Shown here one piece after another: positions 1 through 10,560 of a stretch of DNA of 64,000 bases (position 1 is the stretch's first letter; every line of letters starts with the position of its first letter). The stretch lies in assembly GCA_963575745.1 (NCBI GenBank), contig CAUYUJ010000303.1:310001-374000 (forward strand), in the 5' to 3' direction. The notes under the pieces were generated by a model, which saw only the letters and a list, made by a program, of their open reading frames with translations, was not told where the DNA came from and ran no database searches. This DNA comes from Prorocentrum cordatum (Eukaryota). Both the position numbers and the translations under genes were made by a program.

Positions 1-238
1 CCAAGAGGCGCCCGGGAGGCCCCCAAGGGGTCCCGAAGAGGCTCACGAGGGGCCCCCCAAAGCCCCCCAAACGGCCCCCAAGAGACACTGAACCGGGCCC
101 CAAGAGCCTCGGAACTGCTTCCAGGATCTCCCAAGAGACTTGCCACGAGATTCGAACGAACTGTTCAGATGCTTCAATGAGGAGCGCCAGACGCCTCCAG
201 GACGACCCCAGATGGCCAGTTGTCGTCGCCGAGTTCGT

Positions 239-282
<44 letters not shown>

Positions 283-1289
283 GTCATCGTCGTCGTCGTC
301 GTGCGGAGGTGACATGACCACCTCAAATCATGACATCTCAGAGTCCACAGTTTACGAGGATGTCATAGGCGAACGTAGCTGGACCACCATAGGACAGGGC
401 ATGAGGTCAGAATTGCAAGGATATCTCAGGCCAATGTGTCCTGACCACCTCAGCTCAGGGCATCTCGGAATCCAGGGTTCCCCGGATGTCCCAGGCGAAA
501 GTGGCCGAGCCGCCATGGAGCGTGGTATCTCCTAGGTCGAGGATGTCTGAGGCGAAAGTGGACTGACCACCCCAGCTCAGGGCCTCTCGGATCCCAGAGT
601 TTCGAGGATGTCCTAGGCGAAAGCGGCCGAATCACCAGGGGGAACGTAAAGAACGGCCCAAGACGCTCCCAAGCAGTCCACAACACCATGTGGACGGCTT
701 TCCACGCTCCCAGGAGGCCTCCATAAGACCCCCATCGAGGTCCGAGAGGCGCCCCGGTAAAGCCCGAAGATGCCAAAATCGTAGATTTTGATTGTTGTTC
801 TGTGTTTTGTGACCTCGCGTGTTCGAACTTCCAACAGGGCAAGACCACCCAGGACGGGTCCTAGACGGGCCCAGACAACTCCAAAATTGCCGAAGAGGCG
901 CCCGGTACCGCGCCCCCCGGCCTCCCTGGGAGCTCCCAGAACTTTCCAGGACGCCCCAAGACAGCCCCAAGAACCCCTCATTATGCAAAAGAAAAGCCGA
1001 AGATGCTCTCAAACAGTCCAAAACAGTCTGCTGACGGCTCTCCAGACTTACGGGAGGCCTCCAGACGCCTCCAAGACATTGCATGAGAATTCTTTACGCT
1101 TCGCGTATCCCCACCAGCCCATCTCACAACAGTAACTCTTGCGAGGCATGCCGACAGTCGTGTGTTTCAGGCGTGTGTCCGCTTGCCCCCGCATGTCTCC
1201 CCTGTTCCTCCTTCCTCCCGCCTCCTTGTACATCCTCCTTGTGGGGGGAGCGGGAGAAGGACGAGGCGGAGGAGGAGGGAGAGAAATCG

Positions 1290-1720
1290 CTCCTCGTGGT
1301 TTGAGTCGTTTGGGGCTTCTCGTCCTGGTGTGAGTCGTTCGGGCCCTTTTTCCTGGTGTGAGTCGTTCGGGCTCTTCGTGGTGTGAGTCGTTCGGGCTCT
1401 TCGTCCTGGTGTGAGTCGTTCGGGTTTCTCGTGGTGTGAGTTGTTCGGGCCCCTCGTCCTGGTGTGAGTCGTTCGGGCCCCTCCTCCTGGTGTGACTCGT
1501 TCGGGCTCCTCGTGGTGTGAGTCGTTCGGGGCCCTCGTCGTGGTGTGAGTCGTTCGGGCTCCTCGTGGTGTGAGTCGTTCGGGCGCCTCGTCCTGGTGTG
1601 AGTCGTTCGGGCCCCTCCTTCTGGTGTGAGTCGTTCGGGCTCTTCGTGGTGTGAGTCGTTCGGGCCCCTCGTCCTGGTGTGAGTCGTTCGGGCTCCTCGT
1701 GGCGTGAGGCGTTCGGGCAC
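1290..1720. repeat. Minisatellite, about 26-32 bp unit (GTGTGAGTCGTTCGGGC[C]CTCGT[CCT]G)
   Basis: About 14 head-to-tail copies visible; a further copy lies near 63010-63050. Confidence 0.9.
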
Positions 1721-1729
1721 CTCGTCCCC

Positions 1730-2045
1730 TTTGGGGGCGTCTTGGGGGCCTCTTGGCGGCCCCAGGGGCTTCTAGGAGCGTCTTGGGTGCCTTGGGGGAG
1801 CCTCTTCGGGCCTCTTGGGAGCCTCTTGGAGGCCGTTTGGGGCGTCTTGGGGGCCTCTTGGCGGCCCCAGGGGCTTCCAGGAGCGTCTTGGGTGCCTCGG
1901 GGGAGCCTCTTGGGGCCTCTTGGTGGCCTCTTGGGGGCATCTTGGGGACCTCTTGGAGGCCTCTTGGGGGCCTCCTGGGGGGCCTCTTGGGGCCATCTTG
2001 GGGCCTCTTGGTGCCTCCTGGGCGCTTCTTGGGGCCATCTTGGAG
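1730..2045. repeat. Degenerate GGGGCCTCTT tandem repeat
   Basis: Repeated 10-11 bp units. Confidence 0.85.
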
Positions 2046-2520
2046 GGAATCGATCAAAGAAGAGGGGAGCTTTAATGAGCGCTGCCCCCTCAGAAGGGCA
2101 AAATGAGGCCAAAACTTTCGTAAAACCAATGATTCTGCCTTGAAAGAAGAGGGGAGCTTTAATGAGCGCTGCCCCCTCAGAAGGCCAAAATGGGGCCAAA
2201 ACCGTAGTAAAATCAATGATTTTTGCTTCAAAGAAGAGGAGAGGGTTTTTTCTCCCTCCCCCCGTCGGGGCCAGAATCCTCGTGAGGGGTGTCGTTTTTT
2301 AGCCCTCCCCGGAGTCGAAAATTACCCTCCCAACGACCCGCGGAGGGACCTCTCCAGGCCCAGGGGGAGGGGGTAGGGGGAGGGGTAAACCCCTCCCCGA
2401 AGGGGAAGAGGGGGGGTTGAGAACAGAGCGGGCTCTCTAAACCACTCACGCCCAAAGGGCTGGTGGGATTCCGAGAGACGCCCCGAGAGAACCCAAAGAG
2501 GGTAAAATCGTAAAATCGTT

Positions 2521-2557
2521 TCCGTAGCCATTTTGGCTCAAGCAATTTTGGCGCAAG
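2521..2557 (+). other. Dinoflagellate spliced leader (DinoSL) plus degenerate relict SL
   Basis: TCCGTAGCCATTTTGGCTCAAG (2521-2542) matches the 22-nt DinoSL consensus DCCGTAGCCATTTTGGCTCAAG exactly. It is followed by CAATTTTGGCGCAAG, a decayed relict. Confidence 0.95.
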
Positions 2558-2644
2558 CCAAATTAGTCAGCAAACAGTTCAACTTGTCTCGTCACCACAC
2601 CTGCGCTCTTCTCCGGGAATATCCCCCGCGGGCTTTGCTCTCCG

Positions 2645-3211
2645 ATGGCGGCGCCAGCGTTCGATGAGTCTTGGCGCTTAGACCCGATATTGGCGGGTGG
2701 CGTGGCGCCACCATGCGGAGCTGAATTTACGCGCTTCGTACCGCCGACGTTCAGCGCCCACGGGTGCGGGCCATTGTTCTCTCGCAAGGTTGGCGTCGTG
2801 AGGGCCCGCGCACCACATCCCGAGGACCTGGACGGCCTGCAGCGCGGGATGGTGGCGTCCGCGGAGCCAATCGCTTCGCGCGGCCCTGTCGGCGCAGAGG
2901 TGGGCGGCCCAGAGCGCGCGATGGGGGTGCTCGCGGAGCCGGATGCCTCGCGTGGCCCTGACAGTGCTCGTGCAAATTCGCTTGGGGCAGGCTTGGACGG
3001 GTCCGTGATCTTGAGAGGTGCGATCGGGGCAGCGATGGTGGCTTTGCGCTGGAAGCTGATCGGCAAGTCCTCCGCTCAGAGTTTCTCTGAGATCAACACG
3101 GAGACCACGCTAGTTGCGCCGGCCTCGCCACCACGGGCCGTGTTCAAATTCAGAGCTCGGTCATACGTCGCGGCACGTGCGCAGAAAGGAGACCAGCCGC
3201 GCAAGGCATAG
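2645..3211 (+). CDS. Hypothetical 188-aa ORF, first ATG after the SL
   Basis: Only its position supports it; no recognisable domain. Confidence 0.25.
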   Translation: MAAPAFDESWRLDPILAGGVAPPCGAEFTRFVPPTFSAHGCGPLFSRKVGVVRARAPHPEDLDGLQRGMVASAEPIASRGPVGAEVGGPERAMGVLAEPDASRGPDSARANSLGAGLDGSVILRGAIGAAMVALRWKLIGKSSAQSFSEINTETTLVAPASPPRAVFKFRARSYVAARAQKGDQPRKA

Positions 3212-4752
3212 TTGATATGTTTCGTCACGCGGTGCAGAAGCCACCCGCACTTGTGGATAACGAGGGGGCCGTTCTGCCGGCAGGTGCCCAGAGAAGGGTG
3301 AGGAGGAACGAGAAGGGGAGGAGCACGAGGTTGGTCGTGTCGCGAGGAGTGGCCTGCCGTTGATATTTGCACCGCTTTGGCGGAGCCTGCCATGATGCTG
3401 GTCAGGCCGCGGCAGTTCGGCCGCACTCGAGCACTCGTCCTGTGCTGGTTCGGCCCTGCGCCTGGAGCACGGAGTGCCCAGTCGCACTGCACAGCCGAGC
3501 TGGGCCTTGCCCGCCCACGTCGCGCGTTCGCGAAGCGCTGGAGAGGAACGTTGCCTCTGGACGGCCCGGGGCCGAGCATAGCAGACACGCTCGGGGAGCT
3601 CCTGGCGTGGGCAGTTCCTCGCGCGCAGTGCCGTGTTCGGGTCATCGTCTTGCTCTCGGATGCTCTCAGGGCTCTGGCAGGACCTTGAGGGATCTGCGGC
3701 AGCCCCTCACGGGCGCGGACGCTCTGGACGCCGCTCTCCTCTTTTCGGGTCCGTCCGTGTTCTTTCCCCACGCCCAGGATATGCGTGTGTGTCTCTCCAA
3801 CAGGTGTGTCTCCAATAGGTTCGTCTCCCACACAGCGTTCGGTGCGCTGCAGTGCTGCTATGATGCGACCGAGGGGGATTCCCATAGTGACACCATCATG
3901 TCCCATTGCGGCACCATCACCACCATCATCATCACCATTATCATCAGCAGCGTCATCACCACACTTCGAGGGACGCTCCGCTGCGATGGTAAAGAAGTGC
4001 CATCGCCCAGCGTATCTTGCAGTGGATCTCCCACCACCGCGCAGCTGCCCACCGTCGGTGGTGAAGTTGGAGGATATCCGAGCGTCCTAGCTCGTTGCCG
4101 CTCAAGCTGCTGGTCTATTCTGGTTCGGGGTCGTGAGCCGTCGGCCAGTTGGCGAACTGGACCATAGTCCCCATGCGTTTCCCACAGCTTGGAGAGCTAG
4201 AAGGCTACGCATCGTGGTCACATATTGTCAGCTGTGGCGACGCAGACTCCAGGATTTGCGTTTGCGCGAAAAAAACACCACACTTCGTGGGACGTCGAAT
4301 TGTTTGCACTGTATTGGCCTTTGGGGGAGACGCAAACATGAGTGGATGCTGCAGAGGTGCAGGTAGGAGCTTTTTTCCAGGTACATCTCTTCCGATGTTG
4401 TTGGCTCGCACAGGCGTGCTGCGTTTCATGGAACTGCTGCAAGCAAGCCAAGCGCACAGGGTGTCGAGATGTATCAGTTTGTACATAGATTGTTGTTTCT
4501 CCATGTCCAGACCCGCCGAGCATCCGTTTCTCGCAGGGCGATGGTTCAGTGAATGGGGCGGCAATGTAGCCATTTTCCGCGTCTTGAGACGCGCGGGCAG
4601 GCAGAGATTTTCCTGATGTGTCCACCAGCCAGGGGGTCACATCCCACAGGCGGCTTTCTCCGCGGCAGCGCTGGGCCCAAAATCGCAACATTGGGACGGG
4701 TTGAGTTCACGAGTGGAGTGAGTTAGTGTGTCGGAATGGGTAGGGTGATGCA

Positions 4753-5037
4753 ACTTTAAACGGAGAAGGTTAAAGGCGAGATGTATATCGAGCATGCACC
4801 GCTGCCGTGCCTGGCTCAAGCCGGGCCCGGCGTAATATGTGATTGTGCCTCACCGAGGCGCACGATTCGTATCTGAGATCGGAAAATACCTTTTCCATTG
4901 ACGATGCCTATTCTATCCTTTACTCCAGATCCCATGCTTCGTCTTGCTCTCTTGCTCATGCGATATGAGCCAAAGCTTGGGATATGGGAACGCCTAAGGC
5001 GTAACATATATCTAAGCTTACCAGCGCGATTTCGACT
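4753..5037 (+). repeat. 5' LTR
   Basis: ACTTTAAACGGAG...GATTTCGACT; differs from the 3' LTR at 2 positions by eye. Confidence 0.95.
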
Positions 5038-8000
5038 TGGTAGCGGAGCTGGCTACACTCTCGTGTGGCTGGCTCTCGCTCTAATACCAGTTATCCACGG
5101 CACAACTTGGTGGACTACTACCACGGTGGAATACCATGTTGCGCCGGCTCTGCGAGGAGCGGAGTCAGTCCGCGATCGAGCTAGCGGGGCAACCCGCGAG
5201 CTCGAGACGCTCTCTCTCACTTCACTGCGCCACTACACTCCAGACTTCCACCAGATGCCAATCGGCAACTCGATCGAGAACGTGGTCACCCTGCGGGGCT
5301 ACCCGCAGAGGGGCCACCTGCATCCCATGCCGGTCAGACGCCTCACGGCTACCACGCCCGAGCCTGACAAACCACAGCCTAAACCAATCACCGAAGCCGA
5401 GATGCACATGCACTGGATTAAGATAACTATCTTCGGCATTTTATGGGTGATATTGGGATGTGCTGTGGGCTACATGCGGCAAGGGATGGACGACACGCGT
5501 ACTACCGGCCCTTCATGGGACCCAGCCGGTACTACGCCCTTTCGCGAATACGTTCGCGAAGTACATGCATGGATAAACGCAACGAGCGGCAATATGACGC
5601 CACCTCAGCAAGCTGCAGCACTACAACGTGGCCTTCAAGGCCTTGCTCGTCGCATCGCCATGCAGGTCCCCTCCCAGATCATCAACTATGGTGTTACCGT
5701 CAACGGACAACCAACGGATGCAGTTACTTACATACTGTACCTATTGAGCACCAAATTTGAGAATCTGGAAGAAGAGCGCCAGCTCAACTCTGGCACTGCC
5801 CTTATCGACTTCCGCGTCGAAAGGGGCGAACGAATCGACTCAGTGTTAGCTCGATTCGAGATGGCCCGTGACGAGGCTAACTCTGTTGGCTTTGTCATCC
5901 CCAACTTTCAGATCCTAACGCTGATCCTTTTCAGAGCGTTAGGCGTTGGCGCGTCACGAGCCCAACACCTGCTGGAGCCCTTTAACCATCAGATGCCCAG
6001 GACACAAGCAGACTACGATAGGCTGCTGACCAGGATGAGGAACTACGGGCATGTTGCCGAACGCTCTCCTGGCAACATTGCGGGCATCTTCACAGGGCAT
6101 CACTCACATGCAGGTGTCTACGCCACGACTGCGGGGTCACCCGCTGGTCCTGGCGAGCCAAGTCCCTGGGCTGACTCAGCCGATATGCCCAACGAGGCCA
6201 CTACCCTCTTAGGGCAGACTGGCCAGGCATCAGCAGAGGCAGCGGAGGCGAACGCCTGGTCGAACTACACGCCGGGCGCCGCCTACACTGCAAGCCCGCC
6301 CTCGGGCACAACCCTCTGGGGCCAAGCGGAGTCATCCGCTCAAGGGTCTCAGCCACCCTCCCCGTTTGAATCTGGCACTGACACCGATACCTCATCTGAC
6401 GGTGATCACAATGGCATAGTCTCTGCTGGTAATGACTATCCAGCCGATGACACTCACCTTTCTGAACAACAAAGAGCGGAAGCCGCTTTTATGGCTTATC
6501 GCAAATCAAAACGCCGTTGGAGGCGCTTCATGAAGAAACCGGTCAGAAAAGTGAGACGTGCAGTACGCCGACATTTCAAACGATATGGAAAGGGTCGTGG
6601 CAAAGGGGGTCGCAGACGCCGTATGCATGGTAGGGGTATTACTGCTTTCCTCACGTCCTTAACTGACATAGTTTTTGAAGAAGTTCTTATCGGAGGTAAA
6701 GGTCGGGGTCATAGGCGGACCTCTGGTAAGGGAAAAGGGCGGAGGGGCAACCCTAGAGACGCTTCTGGCAACGTTATGAAGTGTCATACATGCGGTAGTA
6801 CAGAACATTTACGCGATCATTGCCCGGAGGGGAAAGGAAAGGGATCCGTACATTTGGCTCAAAACTCTTTTATGGACGACATAGACTATATTGACTACGA
6901 GTTTTACATCAACCCAGAAGCGGCTCCCGCCGCGGGCTCCTCCACGTACTACGTGATGGCCCGCTACGCTGATGTGACCGTAGCCTTGGAAGAGTACGCG
7001 GTGAACCTCTTCGACGAGTTCCACGGTTGGGACGAGGTCGACGAGACCGCGTTCAATGCTTGGTTCGGTCTTACAGCGGGGCCACCCGCCGGCGACGAGA
7101 TCTCCGAAGCGGAGACCGCCCCGGCGACCGAGGAGGAGCTCGCCGCCGCGCTGGCACCGCAGGTGATTGGCATGCCGTTGCTGCCAGATCCTCCGCGAGC
7201 CGGCTCGGAAGTGGGAGACGCTGATGACGAAATGCGGGGCCATCCCGCTTACTCTGACTCCGAAGAGGACTATAAGGACATGCTCCGAGAGCAGGTCGCA
7301 GAAGCAATCCAGCTCCTGAGTGCGCCAGCATACCAGCAGATAACCATGAACGGTTTACTGTCGCGCCCAGGGGCCGCAATGTTGCGTCCATACCTGGATT
7401 CGGACATGTCGGCACCACAGATGCTGACAGCACTCCAGATTTTAGCGGGGTCACCCGCCGAAGAGGCGCCAGCCGTAACAGCGGGGCCACCCGCTTGGTC
7501 TATGGAGGTATTCATGCAGGGCTGCGACCAAATGGACCTTAACAACCTCACGATGGAGCAGTTAACCGACATCGGGTACTTTAACAGCCCGCATCAGCAC
7601 GTATTCATGGTCCAGGACAGCTCAGAGGACTCGGAGGACAGGCGCTACGCAAAGAAGGACAGACAACCATCGCCACCCCGAGACCCAGAGCACGGTCGCG
7701 AAGACGAAAGGCCCATGGAACGTGGCAGTGCGTCAGCGGGGCCATCCCGCAGGAGGAGCCGTTCAGCTCCACGACGTCCCACACATGATGCATCAGGCTA
7801 CCCGTGCAGCACGGAGCACTCCGTAGGTGTATCCTCTCAGTACGTGCCGGAGTGGTACATCAATTGGTACCCCGGCTACTCGATGGAGGTTATCCGCCAC
7901 TGGTGGTCCAAAGAGTATTGCGCCAAACGGGACGAATCTGGCATGATAATACGTACCAAGGGTGGTAAGACTAAAACGCCAGAGGCTTGGGACCGAAGGA

Positions 8001-8944
8001 CCAAGAAACAGGAGATCATCAACGATCGCAAGACATACAGAAAACAAGTATGTCAATGCGAGCCCTTCAAGGGTCACATGCGCAGCTGTCCAATGGACCG
8101 CCCCTCCAGAAGCCCTCATCATGGTGAGACCCCTTGGAATTGGTCTCACGGAGATGACGCTGGCAACGTCCACGATCCTAATAAAAGGGTTCCTGGAGGA
8201 GGAAAGCGCATCACTGAAGCCGATCGCGTCCCTATGACCGAGGAGGATGCCAATGCGGTCAGGGAAAATTGGGAACAGCTTCCCAGAGACCATCGCCTCA
8301 AGGAATGGAACCGCCGATTCCATGAAGAGGCGGGGTCACCCGCAGAATCCAGCGGAGAAGCGGGGTCACCCGCAGAGCCCAGCGGAGAAGCGGGGTCACC
8401 CGCAGATGCTGCGCCAGCCGCTGGGTCAGCGGACGACGAGTGGATAGCTGTTGCCTCTGTCGCCGGATCCGCCGCCGGTACTGACCAAACCGAACTGAAT
8501 GAAGAATGGGCGGCGGAAGACGGCTCAGAGAATCCATTCCCTGATGGATGCGCCTGCTGGTACTACAGCTCCTCGGCACAGAAATGGTTCTGCACGAGGG
8601 TAATTTGCCGCCATGAAAATGGCAAGTACAAGTTGGCCATAAAGAATAATGCCGACATCGACCAGATGAGGCAGATCATTCATGATCATGGCCAGCCAGA
8701 AGGCCTTCCGAAAGACCCTCCTGGTCCACAGCCAGGCAAGGGCTCTGCGGGGCCACCCTTAAAGCGGCGTCAGCTGCAGCAGCGGGGACACCCGCAGGAC
8801 CAGGAGCCGATTCCTCATCTCCACCTTCTCCTGCGAAGAGGAACCCTTCTAAGAGCCCCGAAGGCACGCCGGGGCGTGTTAAGGCCAGAGGGATCGCCAA
8901 GGAAGAGGACCCTGAGCAGGAAGAGCCTGCCGGCCCGTCCGTGA
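4898..8944 (+). CDS. Retrotransposon gag-like polyprotein segment with CCHC zinc knuckle
   Basis: CHTCGSTEHLRDHC (CX2CX4HX4C) at 6782-6823 after a basic RG-rich tract; gag-like GPSWDP...FREYVREVHAW near 5505. The true start is probably downstream of the LTR/PBS, and a frameshift is likely near 8760. Confidence 0.8.
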   Translation: MTMPILSFTPDPMLRLALLLMRYEPKLGIWERLRRNIYLSLPARFRLGSGAGYTLVWLALALIPVIHGTTWWTTTTVEYHVAPALRGAESVRDRASGATRELETLSLTSLRHYTPDFHQMPIGNSIENVVTLRGYPQRGHLHPMPVRRLTATTPEPDKPQPKPITEAEMHMHWIKITIFGILWVILGCAVGYMRQGMDDTRTTGPSWDPAGTTPFREYVREVHAWINATSGNMTPPQQAAALQRGLQGLARRIAMQVPSQIINYGVTVNGQPTDAVTYILYLLSTKFENLEEERQLNSGTALIDFRVERGERIDSVLARFEMARDEANSVGFVIPNFQILTLILFRALGVGASRAQHLLEPFNHQMPRTQADYDRLLTRMRNYGHVAERSPGNIAGIFTGHHSHAGVYATTAGSPAGPGEPSPWADSADMPNEATTLLGQTGQASAEAAEANAWSNYTPGAAYTASPPSGTTLWGQAESSAQGSQPPSPFESGTDTDTSSDGDHNGIVSAGNDYPADDTHLSEQQRAEAAFMAYRKSKRRWRRFMKKPVRKVRRAVRRHFKRYGKGRGKGGRRRRMHGRGITAFLTSLTDIVFEEVLIGGKGRGHRRTSGKGKGRRGNPRDASGNVMKCHTCGSTEHLRDHCPEGKGKGSVHLAQNSFMDDIDYIDYEFYINPEAAPAAGSSTYYVMARYADVTVALEEYAVNLFDEFHGWDEVDETAFNAWFGLTAGPPAGDEISEAETAPATEEELAAALAPQVIGMPLLPDPPRAGSEVGDADDEMRGHPAYSDSEEDYKDMLREQVAEAIQLLSAPAYQQITMNGLLSRPGAAMLRPYLDSDMSAPQMLTALQILAGSPAEEAPAVTAGPPAWSMEVFMQGCDQMDLNNLTMEQLTDIGYFNSPHQHVFMVQDSSEDSEDRRYAKKDRQPSPPRDPEHGREDERPMERGSASAGPSRRRSRSAPRRPTHDASGYPCSTEHSVGVSSQYVPEWYINWYPGYSMEVIRHWWSKEYCAKRDESGMIIRTKGGKTKTPEAWDRRTKKQEIINDRKTYRKQVCQCEPFKGHMRSCPMDRPSRSPHHGETPWNWSHGDDAGNVHDPNKRVPGGGKRITEADRVPMTEEDANAVRENWEQLPRDHRLKEWNRRFHEEAGSPAESSGEAGSPAEPSGEAGSPADAAPAAGSADDEWIAVASVAGSAAGTDQTELNEEWAAEDGSENPFPDGCACWYYSSSAQKWFCTRVICRHENGKYKLAIKNNADIDQMRQIIHDHGQPEGLPKDPPGPQPGKGSAGPPLKRRQLQQRGHPQDQEPIPHLHLLLRRGTLLRAPKARRGVLRPEGSPRKRTLSRKSLPARP
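5038..5049 (+). promoter_or_regulatory. Primer-binding site TGGTAGCGGAGC (initiator tRNA-Met-like)
   Basis: Begins with TGG (complement of CCA) immediately after the LTR and resembles known iMet PBS sequences (TGGTATCAGAGC, TGGTAGCAGAG). Confidence 0.8.
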
Positions 8945-10419
8945 CGGAGAGGAGGAAGGCTTTCGCTGGACCATCAACCCCGATGCCACCAGCTGCTCAA
9001 GGCGACGTTAAGGAAGAAGATCGTGATCAGCCTAAGGCAGCTTTCCGAGGTGGCTGGGCTCCAACTCTGCATCAGCCGCGCCTTGCACCACGACCAGGCT
9101 CGGCACGCATGAAAGCACAGCCGAAGCCCGAGGCTGGGATGAGGTCGGTGCGGGCAGAGGCAGTCGCCAAGGCTAAGGAGGACAAGGGCCCTGCGGGGCC
9201 ACCCGCTAAAGCGGCGCCAGCCGCAGCAGCGGGGACACCCGCAGAAGGCACTCTCTCAAGAGAAGAACGCTTTAGAGCCCTCAAGGAATTTGGTGACCAA
9301 CAGAAACTAGCCGACGATGCGGTGGCAGCCCAAGATCACCAGCACTCTGGTGCAAGATCATCCACTGGAGCTGCCTCGGCAGCCGCAAGCTTTGCGGGGC
9401 CACCCGTTAAAGCGGCGCCAGCCGCAGTAGCGGGGCCACCCGTTAAAGCGGCGCCAGCCGCAGCAGCGGGGTCACCCGCAAGTTGGCAACCAGTGATGTC
9501 TGTCCTCAGGAACATCCCTCTGGGAGCCATTGAATATTGGCAAGGCATTGAAGGCAAAGGCCCAAAACGCACCATAAACCCACGAGTCACTCGAGATGAT
9601 ACAGATCGATACGAGGTCATTAATTGTCCTGTTCGTCGTAACTTCGAGTGCCGTAACAACTGGGAACGTGAACAACAAACCGTGGGAAATATGCTGCGTG
9701 ATAGGCCGCCATTGCGAGTCGCGCAGCACAGGGCAGAGCTCATGAAGGTCATGGAGAGGTTCGGCACGGATCCGACTCTGCCGCGCGACGGGCAAATGAC
9801 CAAGGTGTCAATATGGTTCTCTACAGCCCTACGCCAGAGTCCGTATTGGAAGGATGGATTCAGCCGACACTTCGAAAAGATTAGCACTTTCGATCCATGC
9901 GATGGCTGGGTTGTTGTTGACGATTTGCTGACAAACTGGACTGAAAATGATCAGTGGAAAGGCTATCGTGAAATGCACAAGGTGCTGATCAAGGGCAGGC
10001 CCCACACGTCATACGTGTATTGGGTGCTGCTAAACTGCTGTGAGATGATTGATAACCACGGCATGCAGAAGGGCAGGCTCCAGATGAAGTGCGTTGAAGA
10101 CAGTATGCTGCTGCCTCCCAGGTTCCGACCAACGGCACGCAGGCCACAGTACTTCATCAGAGCCACTAACGGCCACAGCAGTCCAGGCATCCACTGTCCC
10201 GAATCGCTTTATAAGCCGATCACAACATGGATGAAAGAACCAGACGACCCAGTATATTTCATCCACGGGACACAGTGGGAATATGTCAAGGACATCCTTG
10301 CTAATGGCCTTTCATGCCTCGCACAGGACAACCCTAAAAGACAGGGGGGGGCGCCAATTTGTACACGGCTGCCCCTACCTTCTGGGCGACCCGAGGATTC
10401 AATCGGGCATCCGTCCTGA
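8941..10419 (+). CDS. Polyprotein segment containing the N-terminal two-thirds of a Tpt1/KptA domain
   Basis: STALRQ...DGWVVVDDLL...KGRL...IRATNGHS...FIHGT...ILANGLS. Confidence 0.8.
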   Translation: MTERRKAFAGPSTPMPPAAQGDVKEEDRDQPKAAFRGGWAPTLHQPRLAPRPGSARMKAQPKPEAGMRSVRAEAVAKAKEDKGPAGPPAKAAPAAAAGTPAEGTLSREERFRALKEFGDQQKLADDAVAAQDHQHSGARSSTGAASAAASFAGPPVKAAPAAVAGPPVKAAPAAAAGSPASWQPVMSVLRNIPLGAIEYWQGIEGKGPKRTINPRVTRDDTDRYEVINCPVRRNFECRNNWEREQQTVGNMLRDRPPLRVAQHRAELMKVMERFGTDPTLPRDGQMTKVSIWFSTALRQSPYWKDGFSRHFEKISTFDPCDGWVVVDDLLTNWTENDQWKGYREMHKVLIKGRPHTSYVYWVLLNCCEMIDNHGMQKGRLQMKCVEDSMLLPPRFRPTARRPQYFIRATNGHSSPGIHCPESLYKPITTWMKEPDDPVYFIHGTQWEYVKDILANGLSCLAQDNPKRQGGAPICTRLPLPSGRPEDSIGHPS

Positions 10420-10560
10420 CTCGGAGGTGCTCATATTCTGCAGCATCAACAAGATGCTGTCCAGTGGCTTTACCCTATGGAGGTCAGCAAATGACATCGT
10501 CATGACACGGGGCCACGACGGCCGTATACCGCCCGATCATATCCTCCAGATTGTGAGCAT
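9800..10560 (+). CDS. TPT1: RNA 2'-phosphotransferase (Tpt1/KptA) domain, split by a frameshift near the G8 run 10344-10351
   Basis: Family motifs occur in order: LR(H>Q), DGWV, KxR, IRAxxGHS, HGT, GLS. The next frame continues RQFVH, SGIRPDSEVLIF, RSANDIVMTRGHDGRIPPDHI. Confidence 0.85.

Larger units (their letters stand above)
1090..2468. mobile_element. Non-autonomous Helitron2/Helentron-like element (1.4 kb)
   Basis: Left end has hairpin TACGC-TTC-GCGTA (1095-1107) then CCCACCAGCCC (1110-1120). Right end has the inverted copy GGGCTGGTGGG (2457-2467) followed by ATT. Interior is tandem repeats. Same architecture as the RepHel-bearing elements at 26955 and 44745. Boundaries are uncertain by about 2 nt. 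Confidence 0.6.

Noticed and set aside
1290..1720. CRISPR-like regular repeats (also 32120-33030, 36925-37400 and 48105-48565)
   Set aside because: Head-to-tail units without unique spacers, no cas genes, eukaryotic context.
2521..2560. SL RNA gene (also 26258)
   Set aside because: The SL is followed by relict SL and mRNA-like sequence, not the GT-starting SL intron.
4898..5037. ORF-track start of gag inside the LTR (and the copy at 21089-21316)
   Set aside because: LTR sequence that happens to be open; the real start is likely downstream of the PBS.
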